From the NCBI GenBank assembly GCA_964016885.1, contig OZ024741.1:114452001-114516000 (forward strand): a stretch of DNA of 64,000 nucleotides. Direction: 5' to 3'. The position numbers and the translations under genes are program-made. The notes beneath the pieces are model-generated. The model saw nothing but the letters and a program-made list of their open reading frames with translations, did no database searches and was not told the origin of the DNA. The stretch is from Eledone cirrhosa (lineage: Eukaryota). This document shows positions 62,454 to 64,000 of the stretch, piece by piece; the first letter of the stretch is position 1; the number at the start of each line of letters is the position of its first letter.

Positions 62454-63620
62454 TCAAGTTTTAGTTTTAACAAAATGTTTAATTCCAATAAATGTCAACA
62501 CATACACGCGACTAACGATAATTTCACTAAAGATAATTTCACCACCAATACCACCACCACTACCACGATGAAAACTCTGGTCAAGTCGACTCAAATTTCT
62601 ACTCCAACTTCAACACCATCACTACAGTAATACGACCACATCACCACCACCGCTGCCTCACTATCGCTACCGCCGCTATTCTCTCACACTACCTCCTGCT
62701 AGTTGCTGCTAGCACAGCGCCGCCATCGGCGCCGCTGCCTCAATATCACTACCGCCGCTATTCTCTCCCACTACCCCCTGTTACATTGTAGAATTCTCAC
62801 TAAAAGAGGAAAACATCGAAATATATAAATAGACTGAATTGATGACCCGATCAAAATAAATATAAAAAAAAAACAAAAAAAACAATAATCAAAATCAAGT
62901 TTTAGTTTTAACAAAATGTTTAATTCCAATATTATGGGTAAATGTCAACGCATATACGCGACTAACGATAATTTCACTAAAGATAATTTCACCACCAATA
63001 CCACCACCACTACCACGATAAAAACTCTGGTCAAGTCGACTCAAATTTCTACTCCAACTTCAACACCATCACTACAGTAATACGACCACATCACCACCAC
63101 CGCTGCCTCACTATCGCTACCGCCACTATTCTCTCCCACTACCTTCTGCTAGTTGCTGCTAGCACAGCACCGCCACCGCCGCCGCTGCCTCAATATCACT
63201 ACCGCCGCTATTCTCTCCTGCTACCCCCTGCTACATTGTAGAATTCTCACTAAAAGAGGAAAACATCGAAATATATAAATAGACTGAATTGATGACCCGA
63301 TCAAAAAAAAAACAACAAAAAAACAATAATCAAAATCAAGTTTTAGTTTTAACAAAGTAATACGACCACATCACCACCACCGCTTCCTCACTATCGCTAC
63401 CGCCGCTATTCCCTCCCACTACCTCCTGCTAGTTGCTGCTAGCACAGCACCCCCCCCCCCCCGCCGCTGCCTCAGTATCACTACCGCTGCTATTCTCTCC
63501 CGCTATCCGCTGCTACATTGTAGAATTCCCACTAAAAGAGGAAAACATCAAAATATATAAATAGACTGAATTGATGACCCGGTCAAAATAAAAAAAAACA
63601 ACAAAAATCAAAATCAAAGC
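62454..63620. repeat. Tandem repeat of ~440-bp unit (two full copies plus one internally deleted copy)
   Basis: tcaagttttagttttaacaaa at about 62454, 62895 and 63335; each unit has two internal ccgctgcctca..atc.ctaccgccgctattct subrepeats. Confidence 0.9.
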
Positions 63621-63884
63621 AGCACAGCAACAACGAAAAACGTAAAGGAAATAAAAATAAAGAGAAAAACAAACGGACGGACAGAGAAGGGAAGGGAAAA
63701 ACTAAGTCAGACATTCAAACACTACATTACAATGAAACTTATGCTTATTCATTTTTGGGATTTTTTCTGCCTGTTTGTTTGGGTTAGTCTACAGCGTGAT
63801 AATGCCACACAAAAGTCACGTGGAGTGACGAAACCACCGGAGACAAGTAATTCACCGGTGGTTATGTAACCATACATTCGCCAA

Positions 63885-64000
63885 TCTATATATATAAAGC
63901 TGTGGTTGTCTGTCTGTCTATCGATTTTTGGCACACATCTCCTCTTAGAATCTCTGACGGAATTGCACCGAAATTGCTATACTTGTACATTGAGCCCTAG
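63885..64000 (+). mobile_element. Probable 5' end of a non-autonomous Helitron-like element
   Basis: A|TC start (TCTATATATATAAAG) followed by (GTCT)n and gacggaattgcaccgaaatt; the 3' end is outside the window. Confidence 0.45.

Noticed and set aside
63810-63880. Hammerhead-like GTCAC/GTGAC-GAAAC-stem-GTT
   Set aside because: No CTGANGA in either permuted position; better read as a DNA hairpin.

Overview
Eukaryotic, AT-rich, microsatellite-dense DNA. The repeat landscape (tRNA-headed SINEs, RTE LINEs, (TA)n/(TAA)n runs) resembles an octopus/cephalopod genome; this is inference, not confirmed. One large minus-strand gene spans the window: 17 GT-AG exons from 50760 down to the stop at 3446 join in frame (9089 nt, about 3028 aa), with the N-terminus upstream of 50760 and not found in the window. 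It encodes an uncharacterised giant protein of repeated FN3/Ig-like modules. The introns hold retroelements of four clades: RTE LINEs, a Penelope-like element (RT + GIY-YIG, inverted pLTR), Tx1/L1-clade LINEs including a full-length copy, and R4/Dong-type RLE LINEs including an intact 1216-aa ORF. SINEs, TTAA-flanked MITEs, a probable Helitron end and tandem repeats are also present. Main points of interest: (1) at least seven distinct type-I hammerhead ribozyme motifs, mostly in (TA)n-flanked Penelope-type pieces; (2) elements sort by microsatellite: (TAA/TTA)n holds Tx1, R4 and a SINE in fixed orientations, (TA)n holds Penelope/hammerhead pieces, (GAT)n holds RTE; (3) a SINE that shares its 3' tail with the Tx1 LINE; (4) a structured, possibly self-cleaving R4 5' UTR. 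All coordinates and pairings were read by eye.
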